DNA from: the human T2T-CHM13v2.0 reference genome, Homo sapiens | Strand: one strand, 5' to 3' | DNA length: 64,000 nt | Assembly: GCF_009914755.1 (NCBI RefSeq) | Contig: NC_060944.1 | Shown: positions 43,761-64,000 of the stretch, piece by piece | Position numbering within the stretch: position 1 is the first letter of the stretch | How the letters are laid out: every line of letters begins with the position of its first letter | The notes under the pieces: generated by a model | The model's database searches: none | What the model saw: the letters and a program-made list of their open reading frames with translations, nothing else | What the model was told of the DNA's origin: nothing | Translations under genes and position numbers: made by a program

Positions 43761-43820
43761 CAAAATCATCTGGGACATCATGTTTCCTCCAGCACTTCCA
43801 AAGGTGTAATATATCAGTGC
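43761..43820 (-). CDS. SEL1L2: SEL1L2 exon: ALIYYTFGSAGGNMMSQMIL
   Basis: 60 nt, phase 0-0; acceptor tttag; donor TTG|GTTTGT; followed by a 91-nt intron. Confidence 0.95.
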
Positions 43821-44277
43821 CTAAAGTAAAAACAAACAAACAAAAAACCCCCCAAACCAGGTTGGCCATTTAAATTTGAAACTCAAACCAAGTATTCCAT
43901 TTTTATTCCTAGCTCCACAATGACCCATTGAGTTACTCCAAAATAAATTTCAAATTTCACTCTCCTTTGTAAAGATGTTTGCCATTTATTAGGGGTTAAC
44001 TAATCTCTGGAGTCTGTGATAAGGGCATTGTATAAGATATTTCATTTAATCATCATAATTTCCTTATGAAGCAGATATTATCTATCTTCAATGAAGAGGC
44101 TGACTCATGAGGCTTTAAGAAACTTATGGCATAAGAACACTAAATTTCTTTGACTATTAAGTTGGTGTTTTCAACTACTACACTAGAGTGAGCCCCTTTA
44201 CTTAATGAGTAGATTTTATTCAATGTCCCTTTTAGAGAAATCAATTTTGTTCCAGAATAAAACAGAATGATCTTTAC

Positions 44278-44331
44278 CTTAGCTTGATCATATTCCATTC
44301 CTATTCCATAAGAAGACAAAAATCCTAATGC
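44278..44331 (-). CDS. SEL1L2: SEL1L2 exon: ALGFLSSYGIGMEYDQAK
   Basis: 54 nt, phase 0-0; acceptor AG at 44332-44333; donor AAG|GTAAAG. Confidence 0.95.
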
Positions 44332-44427
44332 CTAAAGCACAAAAGAAGAAACAAAATTTAATAAATCAATTTATTTCCTAATTATCTATATGGATAAGGG
44401 ATATCTTAAATGTCTGCTTCATAATAA

Positions 44428-45107
<680 letters not shown>

Positions 45108-45331
45108 ATTGTTAATTTATTTTTTATACTATAACAGCACCCTTTTACATTTTTATTAAGGCTGCAGGAATTTGGGAAAGCTCACAATAGTGGGAGGTTT
45201 GTGTAATATACATGAATATAGGCTAATTCTTACTGTGCTTTAGTATAAATTATAGCAATAAAACCAAGGGCCCTTATATACTTTCCTTTCTTGGAAACGA
45301 AATATTTTTCCTTCAATATTTAAAACATTTA

Positions 45332-45666
<335 letters not shown>

Positions 45667-45734
45667 TTAATTTTAACGTGATGGATGTAAAATATTCAAA
45701 CAATAACAAATATACAGAATAAAAAAATGAAAGG

Positions 45735-53987
<8,253 letters not shown>

Positions 53988-54537
53988 TCTAGTTTCCACC
54001 CAGTAGGTGGAGCTGACACATGGGTATTGATTAGAAGTCTATAAAAAGAGCAGTCCTAACCCCTGTCCTGTGCAGCCAGGCAGATAGCCCATCCCCTGAC
54101 CCCACTGGAGATGGGAGGCTTATTCCCTGGAGAAATTAAACCAAGGAAACTTCAGACTTTGAGACACAGACACATTAAAGAATATGGGTGAAGAACAAGG
54201 CTGAAAACAGGAGTATTAGAAGAGTCTACATTCTGTATAGTGAGTCTCCGGCTCTCTTTCCCAGAACTCTCGTATTTATAACCCCACACAGGAGGTATCT
54301 GAGATACCTTCTACTCTCTTACCCCAAGTAACCAATTTACCATCAACTTCCAGTGAATTTCACCTCTACAATATCTCTCTAATTCATTTCTTCCAGCACC
54401 TGCTATTGTGAGCTAGTCTCAATTCTCATCAGGACAATTGTAGTAGTATCCAGGCTTGTTCTCCTCCTGTCCATTCTTCATTTATGGGTAGAGCCAAATC
54501 TACTTATGTCACCTGGGCCCTGTTTAGCACCTTTTAA

Positions 54538-54892
<355 letters not shown>

Positions 54893-55356
54893 TAAAAAGA
54901 TGCCATGTGACACTAACCCATTGTTTTTTAAATATTCTCTTGAGTATACTAAATTGACACATATCATCTGTAAATAATAATTTTGTAAGTTCCTTCATGT
55001 AACTCTTATTTCCTTTTACTTTATTGGGTAAAACTTCCAGAACAATGTAATGAATTGTGGTCATGGCATGTATTCTTTTTTTTGTTTCTGATTTTAATAT
55101 GGATGTCTGTTGTGGTTTGCTATTATATATTACATTTTGCTAATAATTTCAATTAAATGCTCTCAGTTTACTAACTTTTAGAATCAGAAACAAATGTTGA
55201 ATTTTATCACTCTATTTTCAGCATGTATTATAATTATTTATATTTTTTCTTCTTAGCATAATAATAAAATTCACTTAACCAGCATTTACTAAGCAGATGG
55301 TGCCAGGCACTGTCCTCTGCACTGGAGGTAACAGAAATCAACAAGAAAGTCAAAGC

Positions 55357-55567
55357 CTGTGTCCTTCCCTGGCAGAGGGTGGAAGGGCAGAAGGAACGAA
55401 CTTCCTCCCTCAAGCCCTTTTTTTTATAAGGGCACCTAGTCCTATACAGGGGGTGCCACCCTCATGGCTTAATCACCTCCTGAAGGCCTCACCTATTAAT
55501 ATTGTTAAATTGGGCATTAAGTTTCAACATGGATTTTGGAGAGGACACAAACACTCAAACCACAGCA
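55357..55567 (-). mobile_element. MaLR fragment (MST/MLT1A-like)
   Basis: ccctcatggcttaatcacctcctgaaggcc...taagtttcaacatggattttggagaggacacaaacactcaaaccacagca. Confidence 0.75.
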
Positions 55568-56205
55568 AGTACCATGAAGAAAACTGAAGCAGGATAAGTA
55601 GGTAGAAAGTGATAGGGTGCTATTTTATTGAGATTAAGCTACAAAAATGTATTCTTAATGTTGAATTATCTTAATATTTCTGGTTAAAAATCCTACTTGA
55701 TTAAATTTCATGCTTTTCAATTCGCTAAAATTTTATTTAGAAAACTTATATTGGTGTTCATAAATGAAATCTGCCTGTTTTACTCTTCTGGATTCTTATT
55801 AAGGCATTTTGGAATGATATTTAAAGATTTTCTTTTTTAAAAATGATTTACATAATAGAAAAAAATTTCTGATGGTTTTATTTTATAGAATTTCCCAGTA
55901 AAACCATCTGAGTGTAGTGTCTTTGGAGAGGCTTATCTTTGACATTTTCAGTTTGTTCCATAGTTATAGGTCTAGTCAAGGCTCCTACCACACTGATATG
56001 AGTGTGACCTATAATACCCTACAGGAGGAACTGATTTATATTTTCTGGAAAATGTCTTTATTTCATCTAGATTTTAATGTATTCACATAAAGTTGAATAT
56101 AGCACTGTCTCATAATTGCTTACATTTCTTTCAATCTGTGGTTTTATTTTTAAATTTGCAATGTTATCCATTAGTTATTTTTAAAAAATTGTGATAGACT
56201 GGTCA

Positions 56206-56695
56206 TGTAACTCAGGGGCCCTGGGTTTTCTGGTACACACTGAAAAAGTGCCCACTTGTAACTGTTGCACCTTGAGTTCTTGTTGTTTCAAAAAGTTCCT
56301 GGAGAAGCTCGGCCCCAGAAAAACAAAAAACAGTTGGATCCAGAGATGGCTGAGTAGGAGATGAACTTTGGCGAACTCTTATTGTTATAATCTTAAAAAC
56401 CCGGCCCAGGGAGGAGCTTATTCTCCATTTTCTATACAGGCGACATATGTAGAAACATAATCCGCCGCTGTGCCTGTGCGGCCAGGACTCCCTCTCTACA
56501 CGCAATGATTCAGCTGACCAGCCCAAGACATGCTCGGTTTTCACGCCTGTTTGTAGGGGCACTGCTTTGGGGCACTACCTCCGGTGTCCTCCTTACTTGT
56601 TTCAAGTAATAAAATCCCCTTGTTAAATCCTCCTTGTTTATGGTCATTGGGGGCTCACCTGGCAACAACCAAATGCACCTATTATATGAGTAGCA
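56206..56695 (+). mobile_element. ERV solo LTR (family not resolved)
   Basis: Starts tgtaac, ends near gtagca; internal aataaaatcccc; GC-richer than the flanking L1. Confidence 0.65.
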
Positions 56696-56773
56696 GCTAG
56701 AGTTTTGTCCCCATTATTGGGAGCATTTTAAAGAACTAAAGAATCATCTCGTTTTTATTTATGAAATAAATGA

Positions 56774-57186
<413 letters not shown>

Positions 57187-57428
57187 ATTTCTTGTTTATT
57201 AAAACACGTAAAGCTGTATATTTTCTTCTGCGTCTGGCATTAGCCCTATTCTGTAACTTTTACTATGTAGTATTATCATCATGATTGAGTGCTTAATATG
57301 TTATTTCAATTTCTATTTTGCTATTAATTAGGAGACTTGTAATTTTATAAAAAATGTGACTAAGCTATCTTTTTGTCATTATTTTGTAGTTTTATTGCTT
57401 CTAGTCAAAGCTACCATTTCTCAAATAA

Positions 57429-58048
<620 letters not shown>

Positions 58049-58650
58049 GGATCCACTGATTGATTAGGGGTGGCAATGAAGACATTATAATTCTGTCATT
58101 CCTTCTTCATTTATTAGCTGAAATAATTCTATAAAGAAAAATGTCACCCATACTCTATTGTGCAGAATAGGCAAGATAAATACTTGACTCCCTTGATCAG
58201 TTTTCAAAATAATGTGAGTTGGTTCTTTAATGTCCCCTGAAGTGATGAATAAGTGTTGTTTCTAGGTATCATTATGAACAAATGGATTTAAATGATTTTA
58301 GATGTTTCAGTCCATTGCGATCATTATTCATTTTGGTGCTTGATCATTCCAGCTTTAGCCGGTGGGAGCCTATTTGAGTTGGATCCTCCATCCCTTGGTC
58401 ATGACTCTAATTTCCTGACACCATCCTTCCTATCAGGTATGATAAGATATTTTAAGATCATCTTGTACATTTATTCTCCATACCTGGAATTTGACATTTT
58501 CCAAATTGCTGGTCCCTTTTTAGTAGAAGAAGACGTCTGGTTTTTTCTTTAAAAACAATTATTTTGAGAGGAGAGAGTTAATATCTAAATTTAACTTTTA
58601 AAATATTTTTGTCAAATTAATCAATGCAAGTGTATGAAAAGTAAAATTCC

Positions 58651-64000
<5,350 letters not shown>

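Overview
Primate (very likely human) genomic DNA, dense in Alu, L1, L2, MIR and LTR repeats. The only protein-coding gene I can support is the 3' part of SEL1L2 on the minus strand. It has 15 coding exons from 44331 down to the stop codon at 5295. All have GT-AG boundaries and consistent phases, and they splice into one 505-codon frame plus stop: a tandem Sel1-like repeat array followed by a hydrophobic C-terminal anchor ending RNHHG*. An AATAAA lies about 60 nt after the stop. The upstream exons lie beyond the right edge of the window, and 44332-64000 is one large intron holding a near full-length old L1 with nested Alus and LTRs. Nearly all ORFs in the supplied track are Alu, L1, L2 or simple-repeat artefacts. 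I found no foreign, prokaryotic or CRISPR-like DNA and no convincing new multi-gene system. The best second-look items are: (1) a NAGNAG acceptor that toggles an N-glycosylation sequon next to the SEL1L2 membrane anchor; (2) an Alu tail turned into a ~500-bp GAA/GAG array containing three copies of the target-site duplication; (3) a chimeric AluY/AluS marking a probable Alu-Alu deletion, plus a probable conversion tract shared with a nearby Alu; (4) a young AluYa5-lineage insertion; (5) several palindromic or duplicated motif clusters. Repeat boundaries and subfamily names were judged by eye and are approximate.
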